Below, piece by piece: positions 19,356-29,711 of a DNA stretch of 63,468 nucleotides (position 1 is the first letter of the stretch; every line of letters begins with the position of its first letter). A program made the translations under genes and the position numbers. The notes beneath the pieces are model-generated. The model was not told the DNA's origin and did not search any database. It saw only the letters and a program-made list of their open reading frames with translations. This DNA comes from Tolypothrix carrinoi HA7290-LM1. Its GTDB lineage: Bacteria; Cyanobacteriota; Cyanobacteriia; Cyanobacteriales; Nostocaceae. The stretch lies in the NCBI GenBank assembly GCA_019358935.1, contig JAHHIK010000040.1, forward strand, positions 1-63,468, read 5' to 3'.

Positions 19356-20180
19356 ATGCTGAATATGAATCAAGTTGTCGGTACACACGATATTCTGTTT
19401 ATTACTTTAGATACTTTGCGTTATGATGTTGCAAAAGATTTACTTGTAAAAGGACGCACTCCTAATTTAGCGGCAGTTTTACCCGAAAGTGGTTGGGAAG
19501 AACGCCATTCTCCGGGAAGCTTCACTTATGCTGCTCATCATGCTTTTTTTGCGGGTTTTCTACCTACTCCTGTAAAACCTGGAGTGCATCCAAGATTATT
19601 TGCTTTAGGTTTTGAGGGTAGTATGACTACTACTGAATGTACTTGTGTGTTGGATGGTGCTAATATTCTCAGTGGATTTGCGGCTAAAGGCTATCATACT
19701 GTGTGTATTGGTGGTGTCGGCTTTTTTAACAAACGAAATCCTTTAGGTAATGTGCTTCCTTCAATGTTTGCTGAGAGTTATTGGAGTCCGGAGTTAGGTG
19801 TCACCAATTTTAACTCTACAGAAAATCAGGTGGCGATCGCCCAAAAAATCCTCACCCAAACCCCCAAAAATCAACGCTTATTTTTATTCATCAATATCTC
19901 AGCTTTGCATCAACCGAATTATTTCTATCTAGCTGGTGCTAAAAAAGATACTATTGAATCTCACGCTGCTGCATTGGAATATATCGATAGTCAGTTAGGC
20001 AAACTCTGGGATGCCTTACGACAAAAGGCTTTTACGTTTTGTATTCTCTGCTCTGACCACGGCACAACTTATGGTGATGATGGATACACAGGTCATCGTC
20101 TCAGCCATCCAGCGGTGTGGACGGTTCCTTATGCGGAGTTTGTTTTGCCGGATTTTCAATTGGTATCCACACCCACCTGA
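19356..20180 (+). CDS. STM4013/SEN3800-family hydrolase (alkaline phosphatase/sulfatase fold)
   Basis: ITLDTLRYD, HSPGSFTYAAH, HQPN, CSDHGT.YG.DGY.GHR. Confidence 0.8.
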   Translation: MLNMNQVVGTHDILFITLDTLRYDVAKDLLVKGRTPNLAAVLPESGWEERHSPGSFTYAAHHAFFAGFLPTPVKPGVHPRLFALGFEGSMTTTECTCVLDGANILSGFAAKGYHTVCIGGVGFFNKRNPLGNVLPSMFAESYWSPELGVTNFNSTENQVAIAQKILTQTPKNQRLFLFINISALHQPNYFYLAGAKKDTIESHAAALEYIDSQLGKLWDALRQKAFTFCILCSDHGTTYGDDGYTGHRLSHPAVWTVPYAEFVLPDFQLVSTPT

Positions 20181-20302
20181 GATTGAAATCTCAGGCTAAT
20201 AGCTCAAGTCCATTAAAATGGACTGAATTCATTGCCTAGTCTTTCTTCTAGTCATCTTGAGATGACTTTAGCTATTAGCCTGCGGTTTATAACCGCAGGT
20301 GG
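20176..20302. repeat. Multi-hairpin palindromic MITE-like repeat (GGCTAATAGC..GCTATTAGCC family)
   Basis: Nested inverted repeats; related copy at 27427-27541. Supplies the stop codon of the upstream gene. Confidence 0.7.
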
Positions 20303-20344
20303 CGACGGTTTAAATGTAAGATGTCCAAAATTCATTTATATAAG

Positions 20345-21793
20345 ATGATTACAGCAAAACAGCAAAATCTAAAATCCTTTCTTGAGAAATCGCCTTATCA
20401 AGCTTACGTTTACTCATACCCGCATAAGACAGCTTATCGTCCTCTCACCCCGCCTGTCAAACTCGCAGATTTGTGGTCAAAGCAAGATAGACAAGCGCTG
20501 TTTCTCTACATTCACATCCCGTTTTGCGAAATGCGCTGCGGGTTTTGTAATTTGTTTACCACCGTCACCCATAACGAAGACTTTGTTAGTCAATATGTTC
20601 GCACGGTTGAGCGACAAGCGCGACAAGTAAAATCATTGTTAGGTGAAGTGACTTTTGCTAGATTTGCTCTTGGTGGCGGTACACCAACTCAGTTACCAAT
20701 TAACCATTTGGAAACAATTCTTAATGTGGCATCAGAAACGATGGGTGCAAACTTGCAGAATATTCCTGTTTCTGTAGAGATGTCACCAGAGACGGCAGAC
20801 AAAGATAAACTAGAATTATTGCGATCGCGTGGTGTAGATAGAGCAAGCATTGGTGTCCAAAGTTTCATCGAGTCAGAAGTTATTGCAACCGGTCGCCGTC
20901 AAACCACCGCGCAGGTAGAAGCCGCACTCACTCGGATGCGCGAGGCTGGATTTCCCACAATTAACATAGATTTAATTTACGGACTTCCCGGACAAACTGT
21001 AGATAGCTGGTTGTATTCGATACGTGCGGCTTTGCGCTTTCAGCCAGAGGAAATTTACTTATATCCTTTGTATGTGCGACCGCTGACAGGTTTGGGACGC
21101 TCGGATAAAGAATGGGATGATATACGTTTAGCATGTTATCGCGAAGGGCGATCGCTCCTGCTGTCATCTGGATATACTCAAGTTTCCATGCGAATGTTCC
21201 GACGTTTGGGACAAGGAGGACAAGGGAGACAAGGGGGACAAGGAGGACAAGGGGGAATTTCTTCCTCATCTCCCTCATCTCCCTCATCTCCCCCATCTCC
21301 CTCATCCCCTCCATCCCCCCATCCCCCACTCCCCCCCTCCCCCACTCCCGTCTACTGCTGTCAAGCAGATGGAATGGTCGGTTTGGGTTGTGGGGCACGT
21401 TCTTACACTGATACGTTGCACTACTCTAACGACTATGCTGTGAATTCTAGGGAAATTCGCGACATTTTGCTTTACTTTATTCAGACACCTGATGAAGTTT
21501 TCGAGTATGCTAATTATGGCTTTAAACTGGATGCTGAAGAACGCCGTCGTCGCTACATTTTATTATCTTTGTTTTCCGATGAAGGATTGAATCTTGCTGA
21601 CTATCAAAATCAGTTTGGGACAGATGTAATTGCATTTCCAGAACTTTCGCAATTGCTATCTTTGAATTTGGCGACACAAGATGAACAAATCTTACGTTTG
21701 ACTGAAGTTGGTATTGAGAAATCTGATGTAATTGGTGCTTGGTTATTTTCAGAGAAAGTAAACCAATTAATGCAAACTTATGAGTTGAAATAG
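20345..21793 (+). CDS. STM4012-family HemN-like radical SAM protein with in-frame repeat insertion
   Basis: YSYPHKTAY, LYIHIPFCEMRCGFCNLF, GGGTPT, SIGVQSF, NIDLIYGLPGQ, GLGCGARSY. Confidence 0.85.
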   Translation: MITAKQQNLKSFLEKSPYQAYVYSYPHKTAYRPLTPPVKLADLWSKQDRQALFLYIHIPFCEMRCGFCNLFTTVTHNEDFVSQYVRTVERQARQVKSLLGEVTFARFALGGGTPTQLPINHLETILNVASETMGANLQNIPVSVEMSPETADKDKLELLRSRGVDRASIGVQSFIESEVIATGRRQTTAQVEAALTRMREAGFPTINIDLIYGLPGQTVDSWLYSIRAALRFQPEEIYLYPLYVRPLTGLGRSDKEWDDIRLACYREGRSLLLSSGYTQVSMRMFRRLGQGGQGRQGGQGGQGGISSSSPSSPSSPPSPSSPPSPHPPLPPSPTPVYCCQADGMVGLGCGARSYTDTLHYSNDYAVNSREIRDILLYFIQTPDEVFEYANYGFKLDAEERRRRYILLSLFSDEGLNLADYQNQFGTDVIAFPELSQLLSLNLATQDEQILRLTEVGIEKSDVIGAWLFSEKVNQLMQTYELK

Positions 21794-21830
21794 TTGCCAT
21801 TATGAGAATAGAAACGTCGGTTTGTTAAAT

Positions 21831-21949
21831 CGCCCTCAGGCTAGAAGCCTGGGGCTAAACGAACGAAGCCCGCCTTCGCGGGCTTGAAGGACATCAGCCC
21901 GCGAAGGCGGGCTTTGTTCGCGTAGCCGCACCCTTCTAGGGTGTCGGCG
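21831..21949. repeat. Multi-hairpin palindromic MITE/REPIN-like repeat
   Basis: aagcccgccttcgcgggct ... agcccgcgaaggcgggcttt inverted pair with terminal hairpins. Confidence 0.7.
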
Positions 21950-21987
21950 ACTGCAAAAGCGATACTTTTATAATTCCCAATTCACTT

Positions 21988-22851
21988 ATGCATCTCACAA
22001 TTCTCTATCGCGGTTCTTTGATAAGTTGTAACTACGGTTGCGAATATTGCCCCTTTGCAAAACGTCAACAAACAGCCGCTGAATTAGCTATTGATAAACA
22101 AGAATTAGAACGCTTTGTAAATTGGATTGCTGAAAATTCACAACACCAATTCTCAATTTTATTCACTCCTTGGGGTGAAGCGCTTATTCATAAGTGGTAT
22201 CAACAAGCATTGGTAAAATTGACTCAAATGCCTCACGTTAATAAAGCGGCAATTCAAACTAATCTATCCTGTAATTTAGATTGGGTGGAAGAGTGTAATA
22301 AAGAAAGATTGGCACTTTGGGCAACATTTCATCCGGAATGGGTATCACGTCAAAGCTTTCTAAATAGATGTTTAGAACTCGATAAGCGAAATGTCTGTTT
22401 TAGTGCGGGTGTTGTCGGTTTTCCTCAATTCAAAGATGAAATTGCTGCTTTACGTCGCGAGTTACCTAAACACATTTATTTGTGGATTAATGCAGTTAAG
22501 CGAGAACTACCAAATTTGTCTGATGAAGACCGGAATTTTTTCGAGTCAATCGATCCGCTGTTTCATCTGAATACTCAGCATTATACCAGCTTCGGTCATC
22601 AATGCCGCGCTGGGAAATCAGCGATTTCAGTTGATGGTAATGGGACGATGCGACGTTGCCATTTTATTAAAGAATTAATTGGTAATATATATGATTTGAA
22701 TTGGTCAGATAATTTGTGCGATCGCTCTTGCATTAACCAAACTTGTCACTGTCACATCGGTTACGTTCATCTTGAGTATTTAGAACTAGACAAAGTATTT
22801 GGTTCTAGCATTTTAGAACGCATTCCTATCAACTTCCAACCATTAAAATAA
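21988..22851 (+). CDS. STM4011-family radical SAM protein
   Basis: YRG.L.SCNYGCEYCPFAK, FTPWGEAL, QTNLS; C-terminal Cys-rich C..G...RRCHF...C.CHIGY. Confidence 0.8.
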   Translation: MHLTILYRGSLISCNYGCEYCPFAKRQQTAAELAIDKQELERFVNWIAENSQHQFSILFTPWGEALIHKWYQQALVKLTQMPHVNKAAIQTNLSCNLDWVEECNKERLALWATFHPEWVSRQSFLNRCLELDKRNVCFSAGVVGFPQFKDEIAALRRELPKHIYLWINAVKRELPNLSDEDRNFFESIDPLFHLNTQHYTSFGHQCRAGKSAISVDGNGTMRRCHFIKELIGNIYDLNWSDNLCDRSCINQTCHCHIGYVHLEYLELDKVFGSSILERIPINFQPLK

Positions 22852-22878
22852 AAGTAGCCCTACACACCCATAACTGTT

Positions 22879-23004
22879 ATGACTATCACCACTAAACGCT
22901 TTACCATAAATGAATATGAACGTTTGGCAGAACTCGGATTGATTTATCTAAAGTTTTTCCGGGATGAAGTATTTATCTTCACTCGCATACCATACATAAA
23001 ATAA
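22879..23004 (+). pseudogene. N-terminal fragment of a Uma2 (DUF820) family protein
   Basis: MTITTKRFTINEYERLAELG resembles the usual Uma2 N-terminus, then diverges and stops. Confidence 0.5.
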
Positions 23005-23095
23005 CTCTGCGAACCTTTGCGAAACCTTTGCGTTCCTTTGCGTTAAAAAAATGATTTCGACGGCAACATAATCAATCTAAAATAAATGACTCGTC

Positions 23096-23821
23096 ATGCT
23101 ATACAATACGCCTGAGTATGAGTATTTACCCTCCTCAGAAGAGTTACCTTGCTCGGACGATACCCCTGTGGATAATGAACTACAAAACCTAATTCCCAAT
23201 TTGTTAAAAGCCATTTTAGCTTTAATTTGGCAAAACCGATGGGACTGGTTTTTTGGTGTTGATATGGGAATCTATGACCGCACAGGTCAAATTCGACGAA
23301 CTCCAATAATTCCTGATGGTTTTTTAAGTTTAGGAGTACCGCGCCGCAAAAATGATCCAAAGGGACGTTTAAGTTACGTTTTGTTAGAAGAAAATAATAT
23401 TGCTCCCATTTTGGTGTTAGAACTTGTTTCTCAAACCTACGGGAAAGAATACGAAGAGAAAATTAACGCTTATGCTCGGCTGGGCGTGTTGTATTATGTG
23501 ATTTACAATCCTGAATATTATCAGCGTGACAAGCATCAACCTTTTGAGGTTTATCGCTTAGAAAATGGCGTATATTTGCTTTGTTCTGGTGAACCAGTGT
23601 GGATGCCAGAAATAAAATTGGGAATTGGTAGAGGTCAAGGTGTCCATGAAGGATGGCAGCGTGAGTGGTTATATTGGTTTGACGAACAAGGAAACAGATT
23701 CCCCACTCCTGAAGAAGTTGCACAACAGGAAAGACAGCACAGAGAGTTAGCTGAACAACAAGCAGCAGAAATGCAAGCTTTGTTACAACGTTATCGCGAT
23801 CGCTTTGGGGAATTGTCTTAA
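23096..23821 (+). CDS. Uma2 family (DUF820) putative endonuclease
   Basis: LP.SDDTPVDNELQ, PDGFLSLGV, LELVSQTYG.EY..K...Y. Confidence 0.9.
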   Translation: MLYNTPEYEYLPSSEELPCSDDTPVDNELQNLIPNLLKAILALIWQNRWDWFFGVDMGIYDRTGQIRRTPIIPDGFLSLGVPRRKNDPKGRLSYVLLEENNIAPILVLELVSQTYGKEYEEKINAYARLGVLYYVIYNPEYYQRDKHQPFEVYRLENGVYLLCSGEPVWMPEIKLGIGRGQGVHEGWQREWLYWFDEQGNRFPTPEEVAQQERQHRELAEQQAAEMQALLQRYRDRFGELS

Positions 23822-23829
23822 AAATGTGA

Positions 23830-24000
23830 GTTGATAGTTGTTGGTTGTTGGTTGTTGGTTGTTGGTTGTTAGTGGTTAGTGGTTAGTAGATAATTGTTGA
23901 CCGTCAACTATCCACCATCCACGCTTCCACCATCCACCATCCACGCTTCCACCATCCACCATCCACTTTCCACCATCCACGCTTCCACCATCCACTAACC
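23830..24000. repeat. STRR heptamer arrays between convergent genes
   Basis: (GTTGTTG)n, (GGTTAGT)n, (CCACCAT)n. Confidence 0.8.
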
Positions 24001-24001
24001 C

Positions 24002-25375
24002 TCAAATCAATTTTTCCATCGCTTGTTGCAAATCTTTGGTTAAGTCAGCAACTGATTGTCTGGCACCTTGACGACTCCCTTTATATATTGAATAACGTTC
24101 AGAAACTGATATCGGTTCACCGATAGTAATTCTTGCTTGTTGCTTACCTAATTGCGGACGTTTGAAGGGATTGCTGCCTTTAATTCGTGTTACCATATCC
24201 CATAAAAGTAAGGTTGTTTCCGCAAACCTTTCTGCTGTCGGTTTTTCTTGAATGTATTTTCCTGTAACTGCAACAAAGCTTTCTACAAGTCGCATGTGCC
24301 ACATTCGCAAATTGGCTTCTTCGGCAATACGATCGCCTAAACCTTTTTCTACAGCAGACAGCTTTTTTACATCTTTAAATTCTTCTCTAAATATATAATT
24401 CCATCCCGCTTGTTCTACTCGACGACAGCGATCGGTTAAATTTCCTATCGGGTGCAAATCAAAATATTGCTCTGGAACTTGTAGAATTACATTTAACATC
24501 GCTTGCAGTCTAGCTGCTAACGCTTCATTTCTATCGCTTCCTTCAACAATCTTAATATCTGGCAGCTTTTGATGATAAAACCGCGTGTAAAACTGTTCCA
24601 TCAAGGACATTAAATGTTCAGCCACATTTAATAACCTGGGATAAAGCGACTCGAAGCTAGGATTATTTCCTTGTACAGGTAAACCGCTATCCGCTTCTAA
24701 TTCACTTAAAAGAGAAGCGATCGCATCCCAAGGCGCTTCGACATAACTATATTTAATTCCAACTGGTACAATTAAAACTTGTTCCGAACGTTGTGCTTTG
24801 TGCAAATCTTCCGCGCACCAAAAACTTAATTGCGCGATTCCCGGTTCTAATGGACTGATAAACTCACTCAAACCATTTGTAGCACCTTCTGGCGCCGCCG
24901 CCATCGGGAATTTTCCATTTACAAACAATTCTCGTGCCGATCGCAAACCCGTCCAATCAGCTTTACCGCGTTGAATTGGCGTCGCACCCAAATTAGAAGC
25001 GATCCAACCGACATAGGAACCAGCCCATAAAGGAATACCGCGATCGTAGATAAAATGAGCATGAATCGGCGACTCTAGTATTGTACCCTGATAACGTGCT
25101 ACCTTGGGCACGAGTTGTGAAAGCAAGTAAGCTAAACAAAATGGATCGTCCGTTTTCGGATGACGAAACGCCAACATCAAACGGATTTTACCATCTTGAA
25201 ATTGGCGATAGAGATCCACCAAAGTCTCTACTTTATCAGCTTCAACATCAGCGATCGCTGTTTTCCAATGCATCCAACTCGGTAAAAATAGATGGACAAA
25301 TCTCAAAAATAACGGGTTAAACGCTGGAGGAATAAATTCTAGAGGTGGTTGTGCTTGATAAATTACATTTGACAA
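24002..25375 (-). CDS. Glycerol/phospholipid acyltransferase (PlsC-like) family protein
   Basis: FRHP..DDP, APEGA.NG, IVPVGI.Y motifs. Confidence 0.8.
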   Translation of the reverse strand: MSNVIYQAQPPLEFIPPAFNPLFLRFVHLFLPSWMHWKTAIADVEADKVETLVDLYRQFQDGKIRLMLAFRHPKTDDPFCLAYLLSQLVPKVARYQGTILESPIHAHFIYDRGIPLWAGSYVGWIASNLGATPIQRGKADWTGLRSARELFVNGKFPMAAAPEGATNGLSEFISPLEPGIAQLSFWCAEDLHKAQRSEQVLIVPVGIKYSYVEAPWDAIASLLSELEADSGLPVQGNNPSFESLYPRLLNVAEHLMSLMEQFYTRFYHQKLPDIKIVEGSDRNEALAARLQAMLNVILQVPEQYFDLHPIGNLTDRCRRVEQAGWNYIFREEFKDVKKLSAVEKGLGDRIAEEANLRMWHMRLVESFVAVTGKYIQEKPTAERFAETTLLLWDMVTRIKGSNPFKRPQLGKQQARITIGEPISVSERYSIYKGSRQGARQSVADLTKDLQQAMEKLI

Positions 25376-25605
25376 AGTGGTTTTCTCCTGGATTGGGGAC
25401 TAATGGTCTGATGGGTTACAAGATTCCCGACAACTTCTGCGAAGTCACCGAATCTGACCATCCGTAAAGGTACAAAAGGATTAGAAATTCCTAAAATAAA
25501 AAATTGAGGCAGAAAGTTTAAGACTTTACACTTTATACTTCATACTTGATACTTCAATAGACTTTAACTGAGATAGAAATTATCGAATCTAAAAAAGGAC
25601 AAACG

Positions 25606-27420
25606 ATGCGACTGTCACAAATGTTATTCGTTACACTCCGGGACGATCCAGCAGATGCCGAGATTCCCAGCCATAAATTGCTAGTCCGTGCAGGTTATAT
25701 TCGTCGCATCGGTCGAGGTCTCTATGCGTATCTCCCCTTAATGTGGCGAGTTTTACAAAAAGTATCTCAAATTGTGCGTGAAGAAATGAACAAAACAAAC
25801 GCGCAAGAATGTTTGTTACCGCAATTACAACCGGCTGAATTATGGCGTGAATCTAATCGCTGGGATACTTATACTAAAGCTGAGGGAATTATGTTTTCCC
25901 TGATTGATCGCAAAGACGAAGAATTGGCGTTAGGTCCAACTCACGAGGAAATAATTACGGCGATCGCTCGTGATATGATTCGCTCATACCGCCAATTACC
26001 CATACATCTCTACCAAATTCAAACTAAGTTCCGTGATGAAATTCGTCCCCGCTTCGGTTTAATGCGCGGACGCGAATTTATCATGAAAGATGGCTACTCT
26101 TTCAGCCCCGATGAAGAAAGCTTCCGAAAAACTTATCAAGATATGTACACAGCATACAGTAATATGCTGCGACGCTGTGGTTTAGCTTTCCGAGCAGTGG
26201 ATGCTGATTCTGGTGCGATCGGTGGATCTGGTTCTACAGAATTTATGGTGCTGGCAGAAGCTGGCGAAGATGAAGTTCTCTATACTGAAGATGGTAAATA
26301 CGCAGCAAACGTCGAAAAGGCTGTTTCTTTACCCGCTGATGCTGAACCCTCACAGTTTACAACATTTGAGAAACGCGAAACACCACAGACAGAAACAATT
26401 GAGACACTTTGCCAATTTCTCAAATGTTCTCCCACCCAAGTTGTCAAAAACGTTCTTTATCAAACAGTTTACGATAATGGTACAACAGTATTAGTACTGG
26501 TGAGCATTCGCGGCGATCAGGAAGTTAACCAAATCAAGTTGCAGAATGAGTTAACAAAACTAGCTTCCCAGTACGGCGCAAACACGATTATTAATTTAAG
26601 CGTACCAGATAAAGAAGCACAGCAAAAATGGGCGGCAAAATCTCTTCCTTTGGGCTACATTGCCCCCGATATCGCCGATGATTATATTCAGTCTGTTAAA
26701 GATGTTTCACCGAAGTTTGTCCGGCTGGTAGATAAAACCGCAGTCGATTTAAAGAACTTTGTCACCGGCGCGAATGAATCAGGCTATCACGTAGTTGGGG
26801 CAAATTGGGTAGAGCAAATTAAGCAACCAGAATTAGTAGTAGATATACGCAAAGCAAGAGCGGGCGATCGCGCCCAGCACAACCCAGAACAAACTCTGCA
26901 AACAGCGCGGGGAATCGAAGTAGGGCATATTTTCCAACTCGGAACCATATATTCCCAAATCATGCAAGCAAATTATACCAACGAACAAGGTGAAGAAAAG
27001 CCTTTATACATGGGTTGTTATGGTTTTGGTGTCTCTCGACTCGCTCAAGCCGCTGTAGAACAATCTTATGACAAAGACGGGATAATTTTTCCAGTAGCGA
27101 TCGCACCTTATCACGCCATAGTCACAATCCCTAACATAAAAGACGCTCAACAAGTCGAAATCGCCGAAAAACTTTACAAAGAACTTAACCAAGCGGGAGT
27201 AGAAACCTTACTCGATGAGCGCGATGAGCGTGCAGGCGTTAAATTCAAAGATGCCGACTTAATAGGCATCCCCTACAGGATTGTAACCGGAAGAGCGATC
27301 GCAAACAACAAAGTCGAAGTAGTCGAACGCCAAACTCGCCAATCTCAAGAAATCGCCATCGATGAAGTCGTCACAACCCTCAAACAGTGGATTTCCGAAG
27401 CAATAGAAGTTAAAAAATAA
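25606..27420 (+). CDS. proS: Proline--tRNA ligase
   Basis: [40 protein letters not shown], anticodon-binding domain. Confidence 0.97.
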   Translation: MRLSQMLFVTLRDDPADAEIPSHKLLVRAGYIRRIGRGLYAYLPLMWRVLQKVSQIVREEMNKTNAQECLLPQLQPAELWRESNRWDTYTKAEGIMFSLIDRKDEELALGPTHEEIITAIARDMIRSYRQLPIHLYQIQTKFRDEIRPRFGLMRGREFIMKDGYSFSPDEESFRKTYQDMYTAYSNMLRRCGLAFRAVDADSGAIGGSGSTEFMVLAEAGEDEVLYTEDGKYAANVEKAVSLPADAEPSQFTTFEKRETPQTETIETLCQFLKCSPTQVVKNVLYQTVYDNGTTVLVLVSIRGDQEVNQIKLQNELTKLASQYGANTIINLSVPDKEAQQKWAAKSLPLGYIAPDIADDYIQSVKDVSPKFVRLVDKTAVDLKNFVTGANESGYHVVGANWVEQIKQPELVVDIRKARAGDRAQHNPEQTLQTARGIEVGHIFQLGTIYSQIMQANYTNEQGEEKPLYMGCYGFGVSRLAQAAVEQSYDKDGIIFPVAIAPYHAIVTIPNIKDAQQVEIAEKLYKELNQAGVETLLDERDERAGVKFKDADLIGIPYRIVTGRAIANNKVEVVERQTRQSQEIAIDEVVTTLKQWISEAIEVKK

Positions 27421-27426
27421 ACGCAC

Positions 27427-27541
27427 AGCCAGGGGTTATAAACCCCTGGCTAATAGCTAAAGTCCTCTAAAAGAGGACTGGTAAAAGTTTTAGTCCATTT
27501 TAATGGACTTGGGCTATTAGACCGGAATTTAAATTCCGGGC
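27427..27541. repeat. Multi-hairpin palindromic MITE-like repeat (same family as 20176-20302)
   Basis: ccaggggttataaacccctgg-ctaatagc..agtcc..ggact..gctattag-ccggaatttaaattccgg. Confidence 0.75.
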
Positions 27542-27601
27542 GGGTGCGGACGTTAGTTGAGAATATGGAAATATCTCAGCCTTCTACTTTTCTTCAAAAA
27601 A

Positions 27602-28411
27602 ATGGAATTCCTCACAATCCTTTTATCAGGTTTGCTGGGTTTAGTTTCCCCCGTGGGAATCGCAGTCGATCGCACTGCGGAAAATGCCATCCGTTCTCAA
27701 TTTAGTAAAGTAGGAGAATTGCAAGTGCGTGTTGATAACGCACCCAGTTATCAATTATTGCAAGGTACATTTGAACGGGTGAGAATTGCCGGACGTTCTT
27801 TGCAATTGAAAAGGCAAAATATCCGGATTGCAGTTTTAGAATTAGAAAGCGATCGCATTGAAATCAAACCGCCTACTTTAACTCGCAAACCTCAATTAAA
27901 GAAACCTTTACAAGCGGGGGTGCGATTAGTTTTGACAGAAGAAGATATTAACCAAGCGATGCGATCGCCACAATTTGTCGCGCTACTACAAAAGTTAAAC
28001 ATCAATTTAAAGGATTTTGCAAATAGAGGGGCTAACCCTGTATACAATTTAGTCAATCCACAGATACAATTTTTACCTAATAACCGCCTGCAAATCCAAG
28101 TAGAATTACAGGAAAACCGAAAAAGCAAACCACTTTTAATTAAAGCCGAATCACAAGTGAGTATAGTTAATGGCAGACAAATCCAGCTAGTTAATTTAGT
28201 TGCCCAAGTCGATCGAGTAGAAGTTCCACCAAAACTTATTAATGTAATCCTAAATAACATCAACAAACGATTAGATTTACGTAACCTAGAAGGTGGCGGA
28301 CTGCAAGCGCGAATTCTAAAATTGAAGATAAGGCAAGGAGAATTAGAGATGGCAGCATTTGTAAGGATAGAGCCATCCTACTTAGCGCTTTTGGAAACTC
28401 CCCGTTTATAA
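27602..28411 (+). CDS. DUF2993 (LmeA-like) family protein
   Basis: N-terminal hydrophobic segment, LQVRVDNAPSYQLLQG, LTEEDINQA. Confidence 0.7.
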   Translation: MEFLTILLSGLLGLVSPVGIAVDRTAENAIRSQFSKVGELQVRVDNAPSYQLLQGTFERVRIAGRSLQLKRQNIRIAVLELESDRIEIKPPTLTRKPQLKKPLQAGVRLVLTEEDINQAMRSPQFVALLQKLNINLKDFANRGANPVYNLVNPQIQFLPNNRLQIQVELQENRKSKPLLIKAESQVSIVNGRQIQLVNLVAQVDRVEVPPKLINVILNNINKRLDLRNLEGGGLQARILKLKIRQGELEMAAFVRIEPSYLALLETPRL

Positions 28412-28476
28412 GTATCGTCGTTACCCAGGCTTCTACTCACATAAATATTATCTTAGCTCTCAGGAAGCTTTTAAGC

Positions 28477-29097
28477 ATGAAAGACCAACAAGGATCTAAA
28501 CGTATTTCTTCAGGTGTAATTGCAGCTGTTTCAGCCGCAGTTATAGCCGTCAGTGGTGGTGTAGCTTGGCTTACTTGGAATGCCAATCACCCTGGAGTGC
28601 CAACTCCAGGAGCTACAAGCTTACCAAATTCAGGCAATACTATACCAACCCAGCCTGTTGAAAAAGCAACTAATATTTATTGGTTGAAAGATAATGGTAG
28701 AAACTTTGAGTTTGTTCCTCAACCAGTTCAAGTTCAAACTAAAGCATCTGGTAACAAGCCCGACCAAGTTTTAGAAGAGGTTTTCCAAAGTTTGTTAGCA
28801 GGACCAACAGAAGGAACAGGTTCCACCACCATCCCCAAAGGAACAAAACTAGAAAGTTTAAAAGTGCAAAATGATGAGATCCACGTTAACTTATCGAATG
28901 AATTTACTAGTGGAGGTGGTAGTACTTCAATGATGGGTCGTGTGGGACAAGTTGTTTACACCGCTACCACATTGAATCCCACCGCCAAAGTATACATTGA
29001 TGTGAACGGTAAAAAATTAGAAACTTTAGGCGGTGAAGGTTTGGAAGTAGAACAGCCATTAACTCGCGAAAGCTTTAAGAAAGACTATTCGCTTTAG
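28477..29097 (+). CDS. GerMN domain (sporulation/germination-like) membrane protein
   Basis: LLAGP..TTIP.GT.L, VNLS.EF.SGGGS.SM..R..QVVYTAT. Confidence 0.85.
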   Translation: MKDQQGSKRISSGVIAAVSAAVIAVSGGVAWLTWNANHPGVPTPGATSLPNSGNTIPTQPVEKATNIYWLKDNGRNFEFVPQPVQVQTKASGNKPDQVLEEVFQSLLAGPTEGTGSTTIPKGTKLESLKVQNDEIHVNLSNEFTSGGGSTSMMGRVGQVVYTATTLNPTAKVYIDVNGKKLETLGGEGLEVEQPLTRESFKKDYSL

Positions 29098-29100
29098 GAA

Positions 29101-29300
29101 CGTGGTTAGTGGTTAGTAGTTAGTGGTTAGTGGTTAGTGGTTAGTGGTTAGTGGTTAGGGGTTAGTGGTTAGTGGTTAGTGGTTAGTGGTTAGTGGTTAG
29201 TGGTTAGTGGTTAAGAGTAATTTTTCGTACCTAACAACCAACAACCAACAACCAACAACCAACAACCAACAACCAACAACGCTCCAACTAACAACGCTCC
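29101..29300. repeat. STRR arrays (GGTTAGT)n and (CAACCAA)n between convergent genes
   Basis: ~15 and ~7 heptamer copies. Confidence 0.85.
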
Positions 29301-29648
29301 TTACAGCTTGCTATTCAAAATCCGAAAACTACGAGCTTGCTGTTCTAACCTAGTGGCAAGGCGATCGCAAACCCGATTGCACAAATCAAAAATCATTTGG
29401 TCTTCCACGCGGTAATAAGCGCAAGTTCCTTCACTGCGACGGCTAAGGATTCCCGCTTGCCACATTACCTTCAGGTGTTTTGACACATTTGCCTGAGAAG
29501 TTTGTGTTGCCTCTACCAACTCTTGCACGCATTTTTCATCATCCCGTAGTAGGTGCAACAGCCGCAAGCGCATCGGTTCACTCAACAGGCTGAAGTATTC
29601 GGCTACTTGTTGCACCACTTCAGGGGGTATAGGCAACACTTGTTTCAT
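29301..29648 (-). CDS. ArsR/SmtB family transcriptional regulator
   Basis: F.LLSEPMRL.LL..L, SQANVSKHL, RR.EG...YY. Confidence 0.9.
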   Translation of the reverse strand: MKQVLPIPPEVVQQVAEYFSLLSEPMRLRLLHLLRDDEKCVQELVEATQTSQANVSKHLKVMWQAGILSRRSEGTCAYYRVEDQMIFDLCNRVCDRLATRLEQQARSFRILNSKL

Positions 29649-29711
29649 TACTGTTTAACCCGCAAGGACAGAAAATATCAACAATTACTCATTTCATATA
29701 TAGATTAATAC

